Shown here: piece after piece, positions 9,910 to 20,155 of the stretch
Layout: each line of letters begins with the position of its first letter
How positions within the stretch are numbered: position 1 is the first letter of the stretch
Origin: Rhodothermales bacterium
Lineage (GTDB): Bacteria > Bacteroidota > Rhodothermia > Rhodothermales > UBA10348
Reading direction: 5' to 3'
Assembly: GCA_024711125.1 (NCBI GenBank)
Contig: JANJTM010000034.1
Span: 8,547 to 72,546, forward strand
Length of the DNA: 64,000 bases
Notes under the pieces: generated by a model
What the model was told of the DNA's origin: nothing
The model's input: the letters and a program-made list of their open reading frames with translations, nothing else
The model's database searches: none
Program-made: the position numbers and the translations under genes

Positions 9910-12573
9910 ATGACCGGACTATTGCTCGCCCAGTACCGCATCGACGCCGAACTCGGAAGGGGCGGCATGGGCATCGTGTACCGCGCGACGGACACGAAGC
10001 TGAACCGCACGGTCGCGGTCAAGGTGCTGCCGCCGGCTGCCTTGGCCAGCGAGGACGACCGCGCCCGGTTCTTCCGCGAGGCCCAGGCCGCCGCGCAGCT
10101 CCACCACCCCAACATCGCGACGGTGTTCGGAATCGACGAGGCGGCGCCGCTGACGGCCGACGGCCGACCCGTCGAGGGGCAGTCGGAAAGGCGCCCCTTC
10201 ATCGCGATGGAGTTCATCGAGGGGGAAACGCTGCAGGCCCGCATCGTCCACGGGCCCATGAAACTGGCCGATGTAGTCGCCGTCGGTCGCCAGGTCGCCG
10301 ACGCGCTCAAGGCCGCCCATGCGAAGGAGATCGTCCACCGCGACATCAAGAGCGCCAACGTGATGCTGACGAAGGATGGCATCGCGAAGGTGCTCGACTT
10401 CGGCCTCGCCAAGACGAACCAGTCGACGATGCTGACCCGCATGGGCTCGACGCTCGGCACCGTCGCGTACATGAGCCCAGAGCAGGCGCGGGGCCAGGAG
10501 GTGGACGGTCGCAGCGACCTGTACTCGCTCGGGACGATGCTCTACGAGATGGTCACGGGGCGGCTTCCGTTCGCCGGGGACTACGAGCAGGCGGTGGTGT
10601 ACGGCATCCTCAACGAGGACCCCGAACCCGTAACGGCGCTGCGCACCGGTGTGCCCCTCGAACTGGAAGCCGTCGTCATGAAGCTTCTGCGCAAGGAGGC
10701 GCGGCTGCGGTACCAGTCGGCGGCCGACCTGATCGCCGACCTGGAGTCGGTCCGGTTGGGCTCCGGCACGGGGCAGAGCGCTGCGTCTCTTCCGCCCACA
10801 AGATCGGGCCCGGCCAGGATCGACGCCGCCGGTGTCGCCCGCTGGCGACGCTATGCGCTCTGGTTCGGATTCGTCGGTTTGTTGCTCGGTTCCCTCTTTA
10901 CGGCGGCCGTGCTCACGCGAAGCGCGCGGTCTGACGTACCCGCATTGGTCGATGTGAGCCTCGACGTACCCGGCATGGAGGCGCTCCTGCAGACCTACGT
11001 GCGGCTGTCTGACGTCGCTTTTGCACTTTCGCCCGACGGGCGCCTGCTGGCGTACCAGGGTCTGGAATCGGAGTCGGGCCTGTTGCTGCGCGACCTGACC
11101 AGCGACCGCCCGGTGGTGAAACTGGCGAGCCTCGGGGTATGGCCGGTCTTTTCGCCCGATTCGCGACAGGTTGCGTGGACGTCTGAGGGATCGCTGATGG
11201 TGGGCCCGGCCGGCGGGGGCGTCGCCCGCGTGATCTCGACCGAAACGCCCGATATCGTGGGCATTTCGTGGGCCGACGACGGAAGGATCTACTTGGCGGC
11301 CGATTACGGTGTCGGGATTACGCGCCTCTCGCCTGAAGATGGGGTGCAGGAGATGCTTACTGCACCCGATTCGAGCCGTGGCGAGATCGGGCATGTCTGC
11401 CCCTCGTTGCTTCCGGACGGGGAGACGCTGCTCTACCAGGTGTACGGCACGGCCGGGTGGGAGCTTGCGATGTCGAATCTGGAGTCGGGGCGCAAAGTCA
11501 TCCTGGGCCCCGGCATCTGCCCCCGCTTCGCCGAGCCCGACCAGGTGTTCTACAACCAGGGCTACCGCCTGCTGGTCGCACGGCTGGATCTGGGGAAGGG
11601 ACTCCTGGAACCCGCACGTACCGTCACGACCGAATTGATGGCCAACCTGCAGGCATTTACCGCCTACTATGCCGTTTCGCGGCGTGGCGATGTCGTGGTC
11701 GTCGAAGATTCCGACGGAGAGGGCAGCGGGATCTGGTACACCCGGTGGGACGGAACGAGGGAGGAGTATCGGCCCGACGTATTCGACGTGGAGCAGTTTT
11801 CCGTCTCGCCCGACGGCCGCACCATCGCGATCGCAGCACCCTATCCGGCCGCCGATCCGGATATCTACCTGTTTGATCGGGAAACCAGGGACACCCGCCG
11901 CATCGCGTCCAGTCTGACCTACGACGCCTTCCCGGTGTGGGCGCCCGACGGGGCGCTGTTGTTCAGTTCGGAGCGCCGCGGTCAATCGGATATCTACCGC
12001 GTGCCGCCCGGCAGCGACCAGGAACAGTTGTTGAGCGGCGAGAAGGTCCAGCAATACGTCGGATCGGTCTCCAGGGACGGCATCTGGGTCGGCTTCGAAA
12101 CGCCTGTACCCGGTCGATCCACCGACCTCTTCTACGTGGCCATGGACGGCTCGACCGAGCCGATGCCCCTGGTGTCGTCCTCGGCCGCCGAGCGGGATGT
12201 TCGGTTCTCGCCTCGGGAGGATCTGGTCGCGTATCTGTCGGATGAGACGGGAACGTCCGAGGTCTACGTGGTCGATTTCCCGCCGAGGAGCCCGCGCGAG
12301 CGCATCACGGTGGGCGGAGGGGACTCCCCCCGTTGGTCGGCAGACGGCCGATCGCTGTTTTTTGTGAGCGGAAGTACACTGTACCGGGTGGCCGTAGGCC
12401 CGTCCGGGAGGCGAACCGGCGAACCTGTCAAGGTCCTGGATGGGATCTGGGGCGATTTCGAACTCGTGCCCGACAACAGCGGGGTCCTGAGCATCACCGT
12501 GGAGGGCCGACGCACCATCCGCTACATTCAGCGGGCTGCCGACCGATCCGAAGCACCCGAACCCGGCTCCTGA
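9910..12573 (+). CDS. Ser/Thr protein kinase + TM + PD40/TolB-like beta-propeller (kinase 1)
   Basis: GRGGMG, VAVK, HRDIKSAN, DFG, YMSPE; TM helix; repeated FSPDG/WSADG motifs. Confidence 0.95.
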   Translation: MTGLLLAQYRIDAELGRGGMGIVYRATDTKLNRTVAVKVLPPAALASEDDRARFFREAQAAAQLHHPNIATVFGIDEAAPLTADGRPVEGQSERRPFIAMEFIEGETLQARIVHGPMKLADVVAVGRQVADALKAAHAKEIVHRDIKSANVMLTKDGIAKVLDFGLAKTNQSTMLTRMGSTLGTVAYMSPEQARGQEVDGRSDLYSLGTMLYEMVTGRLPFAGDYEQAVVYGILNEDPEPVTALRTGVPLELEAVVMKLLRKEARLRYQSAADLIADLESVRLGSGTGQSAASLPPTRSGPARIDAAGVARWRRYALWFGFVGLLLGSLFTAAVLTRSARSDVPALVDVSLDVPGMEALLQTYVRLSDVAFALSPDGRLLAYQGLESESGLLLRDLTSDRPVVKLASLGVWPVFSPDSRQVAWTSEGSLMVGPAGGGVARVISTETPDIVGISWADDGRIYLAADYGVGITRLSPEDGVQEMLTAPDSSRGEIGHVCPSLLPDGETLLYQVYGTAGWELAMSNLESGRKVILGPGICPRFAEPDQVFYNQGYRLLVARLDLGKGLLEPARTVTTELMANLQAFTAYYAVSRRGDVVVVEDSDGEGSGIWYTRWDGTREEYRPDVFDVEQFSVSPDGRTIAIAAPYPAADPDIYLFDRETRDTRRIASSLTYDAFPVWAPDGALLFSSERRGQSDIYRVPPGSDQEQLLSGEKVQQYVGSVSRDGIWVGFETPVPGRSTDLFYVAMDGSTEPMPLVSSSAAERDVRFSPREDLVAYLSDETGTSEVYVVDFPPRSPRERITVGGGDSPRWSADGRSLFFVSGSTLYRVAVGPSGRRTGEPVKVLDGIWGDFELVPDNSGVLSITVEGRRTIRYIQRAADRSEAPEPGS

Positions 12574-12594
12574 CCCGTCAACACCAGTTCATCG

Positions 12595-14217
12595 ATGATT
12601 GGAAACACGCTCTCGCAGTACCGCATCGATGCCGGTCTGCGCTTCAGTGCGGCAGGTCTGCTTGCCTTGACCCTCGTCGCCTGCTCACCGCAGAAAGCCG
12701 ACCCGCTCCCCGAAGCCGACTACCACAACCTCGACGTCGCGCGTGCGCAAGCCCACATGGCGTCGGGCGCCCTGACCGCGGTTTCGCTCACGCAATACTA
12801 CCTCGACCGCATCGCCGCGCTCGACGATGCCGGGCCGACGCTGAACGCCGTCATCGAGACGAATCCCGAGGCGCTGGCGATTGCCGCCGCTCTCGACGCC
12901 GAGCGAGAGAAGAACGGCCCGCGGGGCCCGCTGCACGGCATTCCGGTCCTGCTCAAGGCCAATATCGACACGCGCGACTCGATGGCGACGACCGCCGGAT
13001 CCCTTGCGCTGGCCGGGCACCTGCCCATGAAGGACGCCTTTCTCGTGGCGCGGCTTCGAGAGGCGGGGGCCGTGATCCTGGGCCTCGCCAATCTCAGCGA
13101 ATGGGCCAATTACAGGGGATCGAGTTCGATCAGCGGATGGAGCAGCCTGGGTGGGCAGAACCTGAATCCGTACGTCCTCGATCGCACACCGTGCGGTTCG
13201 TCGAGCGGATCGGCCTCGGCGGTCGCGGCCGACCTCGCCCTTCTCAGCGTCGGCACCGAAACGAACGGGTCGATCATGTGCCCGGCGTCGTTCAACGGTG
13301 TCGTGGGCGTGAAACCGACCCTCGGCCTGGTCAGCCGGGACGGAATCATCCCGATCGCGCACAGCCAGGACACGGCGGGCCCGATGGCGCGTACGGTGGC
13401 CGATGCCGCCGTGCTGTTGCAGGCGATGGCCGTGCGGGATCCGGCCGACGCGGCGTCGGAGCGCTTTCCGGTCTCCATTCCCGACTACGTCGCTGCGCTG
13501 GAGCTTCCCGATCTGGCTGGAGTCAGGATCGGCGTGGTAAGGGAATACGCGGGCGCGGGCACCGTCGAAGCGATCGAGGAGGCGTACTCCGACGCGGTGG
13601 ACGCGCTGCGCGCTTCCGGAGCCACGATCGTGGATTCGGTGAGTTTCCAGGTCAGCGGTCTCAGGCAGGGGCCGGTGCTGTCCTATGAATTCAAGCACGG
13701 CATCAACGCGTACCTGCAGGCGCACGGATCGCCCAACGGGATGCGCTCGTTGGCCGATCTCATCGCGTTCAACGAAGCGCACGCCGACGAGGTGATGCCG
13801 CTGTTCGGTCAGGAGATCTTCCTGCAGGCCGAGGCCCGTGGTTCGCTGACCGATCCCGAGTACCTGGAAGCGCTGGAGACGAACACGCGACGGACGCGTG
13901 GCGCCCTCGACTCGGTCCTGACCGCACACGACCTGGATGCGCTGATCGGCCCGTCGAACGGGCCCGCCTCGAAGATCGTCGGCGAAGACGACTCGCCGTG
14001 GGTAGGTGTCGGCTGGGGGATTTCGGCGATCAGCGGCTATCCCGACATGACCTTGCCGATGACCCTGGTCAACGATCTTCCGGTCGGAATCTCGATTCTC
14101 GGTGCGCCCTGGAGCGAGGCCACGCTGCTGCGCATCGCGAACCGGATCGAGCGGGCGAGGGGCACGTTTCCGCCCCCGAAATTCCTCGCCGCCGCCGACT
14201 CGACTTCGAACAAGTAG
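12595..14217 (+). CDS. Amidase-signature family lipoprotein
   Basis: GPLHGIPVLLK, PCGSSSGSA, GTETNGSIMCPA, GVVGVKPTLGLVSRDGIIP; lipobox LVAC. Confidence 0.93.
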   Translation: MIGNTLSQYRIDAGLRFSAAGLLALTLVACSPQKADPLPEADYHNLDVARAQAHMASGALTAVSLTQYYLDRIAALDDAGPTLNAVIETNPEALAIAAALDAEREKNGPRGPLHGIPVLLKANIDTRDSMATTAGSLALAGHLPMKDAFLVARLREAGAVILGLANLSEWANYRGSSSISGWSSLGGQNLNPYVLDRTPCGSSSGSASAVAADLALLSVGTETNGSIMCPASFNGVVGVKPTLGLVSRDGIIPIAHSQDTAGPMARTVADAAVLLQAMAVRDPADAASERFPVSIPDYVAALELPDLAGVRIGVVREYAGAGTVEAIEEAYSDAVDALRASGATIVDSVSFQVSGLRQGPVLSYEFKHGINAYLQAHGSPNGMRSLADLIAFNEAHADEVMPLFGQEIFLQAEARGSLTDPEYLEALETNTRRTRGALDSVLTAHDLDALIGPSNGPASKIVGEDDSPWVGVGWGISAISGYPDMTLPMTLVNDLPVGISILGAPWSEATLLRIANRIERARGTFPPPKFLAAADSTSNK

Positions 14218-14223
14218 CGCTCC

Positions 14224-16890
14224 ATGACCGGTCTCATCCTCGCCCAGTACCGCATCGACGCCGAGCTCGGAAGAGGGGGCATGGGCATCGTGTACCGTGC
14301 GACGGACACGAAGCTCAATCGCACCGTTGCCGTAAAGGTGCTCCCCCCGGCCGCGCTGGGCAGTGAGGACGACCGAGCCCGCTTCTTCAGGGAGGCCCAG
14401 GCGGCGGCGCAGCTCCACCATCCCAACATCGCGACGGTTTTCGGGATCGACGAGGCGGTCCCGCACGGAGAGGGCAAGGAGCCGCAGGACGGCGCCGAAC
14501 GTCGTCCTTTCATCGCGATGGAGTTCATCGAGGGGGAAACGCTCCATGACCGGATCCGCAAGGGCCCCCTGCGGTTGCCCGAAGCGGTAAGTATCGCGGT
14601 GCAGGTCGCCGAAGCGCTCAAGGCGGCCCACGCGAAGAACATCGTGCACCGGGACGTCAAGAGCGCCAACGTGATGCTGACGCCCGACGGCGTGGCGAAG
14701 GTGCTCGACTTCGGCCTGGCGAAAACCAACCAGTCGACCATGCTGACCCGGATGGGCTCGACTCTGGGTACGGTCGCCTACATGAGCCCCGAGCAGGCCC
14801 GAGGGCAGGAGGTGGACGGTCGCAGCGACCTGTACTCGCTCGGCACGATGCTCTACGAGATGGTTGCGGGCCGACTGCCGTTCGCGGGGGACTACGAGCA
14901 GGCGATCGTGTACGGGATCCTGAACGAGCCTCCGGAGCCGCTGACGGCGCTGCGCACGGGGGTTCCGATGGAACTGGAGCGCATCGTGGGCAAGCTGCTC
15001 ACGAAGGAAGCCGACTACCGGTACCAGGGAGCGGCCGACCTGATCGCCGACCTGAAGAGCCTGGATGTGTCGGGTAGCGGCTTCAGCCGGCGCACGATGG
15101 CAACCATTTCCGGCACGCAGGTCGCGGCAGCCCCGAAGGCCGTGCTCCCGAGTTGGGTTGTGGCCGGCGTCGTGACTGCGGCGCTGGTGATCGGGGCGCT
15201 GGGGGCGTGGTTCGTGATGCCGGACTCCGAAAGCGAGCCGGTCCCCGTTCGACGGATGCAGGCTTCTCTCGCACCGGCGACCCAGCTCTATCCCCGCCTG
15301 TCGATCTCGGCCGATGGCTCGACGATTGCCTATCTGTCGCTCGAGGACGACGGCATTCACATGCGGGTGCGCAGGCTGGATGAGGAGGAAGGCAGGGACG
15401 TGGCGCAGCTTGATCGCATTTCGGCTCCGGCGCTCTCGTTGGACGGCCGGTGGATCGCGTTTTCGGATATCTCGGGTCTCAACCGCGTTTCCACGTCGGG
15501 CGGGTCTCCGGAGGTACTGATGGAAGCCGAGAGTTTTCTGATTCCGCGCTGGGTCGATGACGGTACGCTGATCAGTTCCACGGGACTCAAGGGGATCTTC
15601 ACGCTGGCACTGGACGGCACGGAGACCCTGGTCGACGTCGGCATGCCCGAGGGAGGGACTGCGCTTCAGCCTATCATGATACCCGGCACACGGGTGATCC
15701 TGTACACGCGCTGGGGGGCCGGAACGGCCCAGTCCGAGGTGTGGGCGTACGATCTCGATTCGAAGGAAACGGCGCTGGTGGCGCAGCGCGCCGTCTGGCC
15801 GCGCTACCACCCGAGCGGGTACGTGCTGTTCTATCGCGGAGCGGACGTGCACGCGGCGCGATTCGACCCGGCGACCCTGACGACGGGGCCCTCGTTCGTA
15901 CTGCAGCCGGACGTATCGAATGTCGCCGACGGCGCCATCGTGCTTTACGACATTTCGGCTACCGATCTGATGGTCTACTATCCCGGAGGCACGTTCGGCA
16001 GCGGCGGCCGCAACCTGGTCGTTCAGCGTGCGGCCGGAGGCAGGTCCCAGGTGCCGGTCGAATCGAGGGACTGGTGGGACCCCCGGTTTTCGCCGGAAGG
16101 CCGCTCGGTGCTCGCGCACGCGACCGGGAGTGCCGGCAACACGGAGATGTGGCTGATCGATCTCGAACGCGGCGCGGCGCGTCCCCTGACCAACAGCCCG
16201 GGCGAGGACGAGACCCCGGTCTGGGCGCCGGACGGCCAGTCCTTCTACTACTCGACCGACGGAAGCGGCTTCGAGGCGCTCGTCCGCCGATCCATCACCG
16301 GGATCGGCCCGGTGGATACCCTCTGGAAGCAGACCGTGCACCTGCACGTGGAGTCGGTGTCGCCGGACGGACGATACGTGGTCACGACGCTCGGCGGGGC
16401 TTCCCAGGACATGATGCTCGTGGATACCCGGGCGCCCGGAGGCGTCACGCCGCTGTTTCCGACCCCCGCCAATGAGACGTCGGGCCGGATCTCGCCGGAC
16501 GGGAAGTGGCTGGCGTATGCCTCGGACGAGGCGGGACGCTACGAGGTCTACCTGGCCACATTCCCCGGGGCCGAAGTGATCACGCGCGTTTCCACGGAGG
16601 GCGGCGAAGCGCCGGTCTGGTCCCGCGACGGTCGAACCCTGTACTACCTGAAGAACGACGACATCCAGCAGGTGGACATGAGCAATCCCCGCTCGCCCGG
16701 CGCCCCCGCACTGTTCCAGGCGGCCGGCAGTGCCTTTTTCCGGCAATCGCCGCACACGACGTACGATGTGTACGGTGACCAGGCGATTTTCAGCGACGCT
16801 CCCGAGGGTGCCCAGAGCGTGCGCCACGTGCAGGTGATCACCGGGCTCACCTCGTTGCTTCGTTCGCTTGACCCTTCCAGCCCGAAATGA
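14224..16890 (+). CDS. Ser/Thr protein kinase + TM + PD40 propeller (kinase 2)
   Basis: All Hanks motifs (HRDVKSAN, DFG, YMSPE), TM, ISPDGKWLAYASDEAGRYEVY. Confidence 0.95.
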   Translation: MTGLILAQYRIDAELGRGGMGIVYRATDTKLNRTVAVKVLPPAALGSEDDRARFFREAQAAAQLHHPNIATVFGIDEAVPHGEGKEPQDGAERRPFIAMEFIEGETLHDRIRKGPLRLPEAVSIAVQVAEALKAAHAKNIVHRDVKSANVMLTPDGVAKVLDFGLAKTNQSTMLTRMGSTLGTVAYMSPEQARGQEVDGRSDLYSLGTMLYEMVAGRLPFAGDYEQAIVYGILNEPPEPLTALRTGVPMELERIVGKLLTKEADYRYQGAADLIADLKSLDVSGSGFSRRTMATISGTQVAAAPKAVLPSWVVAGVVTAALVIGALGAWFVMPDSESEPVPVRRMQASLAPATQLYPRLSISADGSTIAYLSLEDDGIHMRVRRLDEEEGRDVAQLDRISAPALSLDGRWIAFSDISGLNRVSTSGGSPEVLMEAESFLIPRWVDDGTLISSTGLKGIFTLALDGTETLVDVGMPEGGTALQPIMIPGTRVILYTRWGAGTAQSEVWAYDLDSKETALVAQRAVWPRYHPSGYVLFYRGADVHAARFDPATLTTGPSFVLQPDVSNVADGAIVLYDISATDLMVYYPGGTFGSGGRNLVVQRAAGGRSQVPVESRDWWDPRFSPEGRSVLAHATGSAGNTEMWLIDLERGAARPLTNSPGEDETPVWAPDGQSFYYSTDGSGFEALVRRSITGIGPVDTLWKQTVHLHVESVSPDGRYVVTTLGGASQDMMLVDTRAPGGVTPLFPTPANETSGRISPDGKWLAYASDEAGRYEVYLATFPGAEVITRVSTEGGEAPVWSRDGRTLYYLKNDDIQQVDMSNPRSPGAPALFQAAGSAFFRQSPHTTYDVYGDQAIFSDAPEGAQSVRHVQVITGLTSLLRSLDPSSPK

Positions 16891-17687
16891 GCTCGCTCGA
16901 CCAGCCGTATCCCCTTGCATCCGACCAGGTCGCGTTTTACCGCGAGCATGCCTGGATCAAGCTCCCGGGCGTGCTCACGCCGGCAGAGATCGCCCATTTC
17001 GACGCCGTGATCACGTCGGACGTACACCGGCTGAACCGGGAAACGCGGCCGATGGAGGAGCGGGACACGTACGCGAGGGCCTTCCTGCAGGTCATGAACC
17101 TGTGGCGGTCTTCCGTGGAGGCACGTCGGCTCGTCTTCTCGAAACGCCTGGCCGGCATCGCGGCGGCACTCCTGGAGGTCCGTGGCGTGCGGCTCTACCA
17201 CGACCAGGCGCTCTACAAGGAGGCGGGCGGAGGGCACACGCCGTGGCACGCCGACCAGTACTACTGGCCGCTGGCTTCCGACCGCACGATCACGGCGTGG
17301 ATCCCGCTGCAGGAGACCCCGCTGGAGATGGGCCCGCTCGAGTTCTCGGCAGGGAGCCACCGCCTGACGGACGGCCGCAACCTGGCGATTTCGGACGAAA
17401 GCGAAGCCGCGATCGATCGCGTACTGCGCGAGGGGCCGTATCCGCACGTCGTGGAGCCGTTCGGCGTCGGCGAGGTCAGTTTCCACGCCGGGTGGCTGTA
17501 CCACCGGGCGGGGCCGAACACCACGGGGCGACCGCGCAAGGTCATGACCATGATCTACATGGACGCCGAAATGCGGCTGAAGGCGCCCGAAAACGCCAAT
17601 CAGCAGCTAGATTGGGACACGTGGTGCCCGGGCGCGCGCATCGGAGAGATCGTCGATACGCCGCTCAACCCGGTCCTCTATCCCTGA
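16887..17687 (+). CDS. Phytanoyl-CoA dioxygenase (PhyH) family Fe(II)/2OG oxygenase
   Basis: TPWHADQYYW (HxD), ITAWIPL, GSHR, FHAGWLYHRAGPN; ATGA overlap with kinase 2 stop. Confidence 0.88.
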   Translation: MSSLDQPYPLASDQVAFYREHAWIKLPGVLTPAEIAHFDAVITSDVHRLNRETRPMEERDTYARAFLQVMNLWRSSVEARRLVFSKRLAGIAAALLEVRGVRLYHDQALYKEAGGGHTPWHADQYYWPLASDRTITAWIPLQETPLEMGPLEFSAGSHRLTDGRNLAISDESEAAIDRVLREGPYPHVVEPFGVGEVSFHAGWLYHRAGPNTTGRPRKVMTMIYMDAEMRLKAPENANQQLDWDTWCPGARIGEIVDTPLNPVLYP

Positions 17688-17723
17688 AGGGCCGCGAGGC
17701 GCCGCGCCAGACCGCCGGCCGCC

Positions 17724-18734
17724 ATGACGAAGAAGCAGAAGCTGGACCACGTGCTCCGGCACGGACCGCTCCCGGGCGAGACCCTCTTCCTGCCCATCCT
17801 GATGCACTTCGCCGCGCGTCACGGCGGGGTTTCGTATGCGGAATTCTGCGCCGACCACCACGCCCGCGTGGCGGCGAACCTCGCGTGTCTCGAGCGCTTC
17901 GACCTCGACTGCGTGACGCTGATGAGCGATCCGTACGCGGAGACCAGCGCGTTCGGGGCCCGTATCGAATACCTGCCCGAGGCCGTTCCGCGCTGCCGGG
18001 ACGTGCTCGTCCGGGACGCCTCGGACATCGACGCGCTGCCGATGCCGGACGTGTTCCGCTCGGAACGCTGCCTCGACCGGCTGCGCGGCGCCGAGCGCTT
18101 CCAGCGCGAACTGCGGGGCACGGTGCCCGTGATCGGGTGGGTGGAAGGCCCGCTCGCCGAGGCCTGCGATCTGGCCGACATGACGGGCATGTTCACCCTG
18201 CTGATGATGGATCCGGACGCCTCGCACCGGCTGCTGGACCACGTACTGGAGTTCGGAAAGGCCTTCGCGGCCGCCCAGATCGAGGCCGGGTGCGACATCA
18301 TCGGCATCGGGGACGCGGCCTGCTCGCAGGTGGACGAGGAGACCTACCGGACCTTCGTGCGCGATCGGCATGTCGAGCTGATCGAGCACATCCACTCCCG
18401 GGGCGGAATCGTCAAGTTCCACGTCTGCGGCAATACGACGCACCTCTTGCCCTCGTTCGCGGGGCTGGGCTTCGACCTCATCGACCTCGACTGGCCGGTC
18501 GGGATCGAAGATGCCCGCGCGGCGCTGGGCCCCGACGTGCTCGTCACGGGCAACATCGACCCCGTGGAGGTGCTCGAACGGCCGGCCGACGGGGTCTACG
18601 ACGCGTGCCGGGCGCTCGTCGACGGGCACCGAGCGGAGCGGTATGCGCTCGCCGGCGGCTGCGAGATCGGCGTGAACACGCCTCCGGACAACCTGCTGGC
18701 CATGCTGCGGGCCGCGCGATCGCACGCGGCGTAG
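17724..18734 (+). CDS. URO-D fold MtaA/CmuA-like corrinoid methyltransferase
   Basis: EGPLAEA, GIGDAACS, zinc motif FHVCGN...GGCEI, GNIDPV, TPPDNL. Confidence 0.88.
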   Translation: MTKKQKLDHVLRHGPLPGETLFLPILMHFAARHGGVSYAEFCADHHARVAANLACLERFDLDCVTLMSDPYAETSAFGARIEYLPEAVPRCRDVLVRDASDIDALPMPDVFRSERCLDRLRGAERFQRELRGTVPVIGWVEGPLAEACDLADMTGMFTLLMMDPDASHRLLDHVLEFGKAFAAAQIEAGCDIIGIGDAACSQVDEETYRTFVRDRHVELIEHIHSRGGIVKFHVCGNTTHLLPSFAGLGFDLIDLDWPVGIEDARAALGPDVLVTGNIDPVEVLERPADGVYDACRALVDGHRAERYALAGGCEIGVNTPPDNLLAMLRAARSHAA

Positions 18735-18761
18735 ATTGCCCCAACCGACCGCTTCGTCGCC

Positions 18762-19433
18762 ATGGACGACCTCATCGCCCGCATTTCCCACTGCATCGAG
18801 TTCGGTAAGATCGACCGCGCCTCCCCGTATCCGCCCGACATGAAGGGCGAGGACGGCGCCGACGAGCTGACGCGCGAGGCGCTGGATGCCGGCATCGCGC
18901 CCGATCGGTTGCTGAACGAGGCGTTCGTGCCCGGCATGGAACGCGTGGGGCGCAAGTTCTCGGAGCGCCGCATCTTCGTTCCGCAGATGCTCATGTCGGC
19001 CAAGGCAATGGACGCGGCGATGCGGCATCTGAAGCCGTATTTCCAGTCGGGCGCCGTGCGTCGCAAGGGCACGTTCGTGATCGGAACCGTCGCCGGAGAC
19101 CTGCACGACATCGGCAAGAACCTCGTCGCCATGATGGTCGAGGGCTCGGGGTGGGAGGTCGTGGATCTGGGCGTCGACGTGGCGCCGTCGCGATTCGTGG
19201 AAGCCGTGCGCGCGCACCCGGAGTGCAGGGCGGTCGGGCTCTCGGCCATGCTCACGACCACCATGACGGGCATGGCCGCGGTCGTCGAGGCGCTGCGCGC
19301 CGAGGTGCCCGGCTGCCGCGTGCTCGTGGGGGGCGCCCCCGTGAACGAGGAATTCCGCGCGATGATAGGCGCCGATTTCACCTCGCGTGATCCGCAGGGC
19401 GCCGTCGCCTACCTCGAATCGATCGCCGCATGA
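18762..19433 (+). CDS. Corrinoid (B12-binding) protein
   Basis: Cap domain PGMERVGRKF...FVPQMLMSAKAM; GDLHDIGKNLV (DxHxxG); VGLSAMLTTT; VLVGGAP. Confidence 0.95.
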   Translation: MDDLIARISHCIEFGKIDRASPYPPDMKGEDGADELTREALDAGIAPDRLLNEAFVPGMERVGRKFSERRIFVPQMLMSAKAMDAAMRHLKPYFQSGAVRRKGTFVIGTVAGDLHDIGKNLVAMMVEGSGWEVVDLGVDVAPSRFVEAVRAHPECRAVGLSAMLTTTMTGMAAVVEALRAEVPGCRVLVGGAPVNEEFRAMIGADFTSRDPQGAVAYLESIAA

Positions 19434-20155
19434 CGACGGTCGAAACCTGGAACGGACGCACGATCCTCGGATACGCGTTCGATCTCGCCGATCTCGCGCT
19501 CGAGCCCGGCCACCTGGAGCGCGTGATGCGCCACGACCCGGCCGAGCCCGCGGGGCCGTTCTCGGAACTGGCCCGCGAGGTGCTGGACGAGGCGGCCGCC
19601 CGATGCCGGATCCGGGGGGCGCTGACGATCGAGGAGGGACCGGTCTTCGACGACGGGGCGCGTACGCTCTCGATCGGCGGGGACACGTTCGACGTGCACC
19701 GGATCGTGCACGGGCAGATCCGCAAGGCCAAGCGCATCGCGTTCTTCGTGTGCACGGCCGGACCGATCGGGGAGTGGGCACGGGAGCTCGCCGCGGCGGG
19801 GGACTCTCTGCGCGCGTACGTCGCCGACGTGGCCGGGACCGAGATCGTCGAGTTCGCGGTCGACCGCATGCACCACGATCTCGGCCGGCGCATGGCCGAA
19901 GAGGGGCTGCACGTGACGAACCGGTTCAGCCCGGGCTACTGCAACTGGTCGGTGGCCGAGCAGCCGATGCTCTTCCGCCGGTTTCCCGAGGGAAGCTGCG
20001 GAATCCGGCTGTCGCCGTCGTGCCTGATGCGGCCCACGAAATCGGTGAGCGGCATCATCGGGATCGGCGCCCGGGTGAAGCTCGCCCCATACCTCTGCAC
20101 GGTGTGTTCCGACGAGATGTGCGTCTACCGGGACAAGCGACTGCTCGAGGCCTGA
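19430..20155 (+). CDS. Stand-alone methionine synthase activation-domain protein
   Basis: FVCTAG, RFSPGYCNW, MRPTKSVSGIIGIG, C-terminal CTVCSDEMCVYR. Confidence 0.88.
   Translation: MTTVETWNGRTILGYAFDLADLALEPGHLERVMRHDPAEPAGPFSELAREVLDEAAARCRIRGALTIEEGPVFDDGARTLSIGGDTFDVHRIVHGQIRKAKRIAFFVCTAGPIGEWARELAAAGDSLRAYVADVAGTEIVEFAVDRMHHDLGRRMAEEGLHVTNRFSPGYCNWSVAEQPMLFRRFPEGSCGIRLSPSCLMRPTKSVSGIIGIGARVKLAPYLCTVCSDEMCVYRDKRLLEA

Noticed and set aside
17724-18734. True uroporphyrinogen decarboxylase (hemE)
   Set aside because: Lacks the WxMRQAGR motif, has the HxC...C zinc motif and sits beside a corrinoid protein
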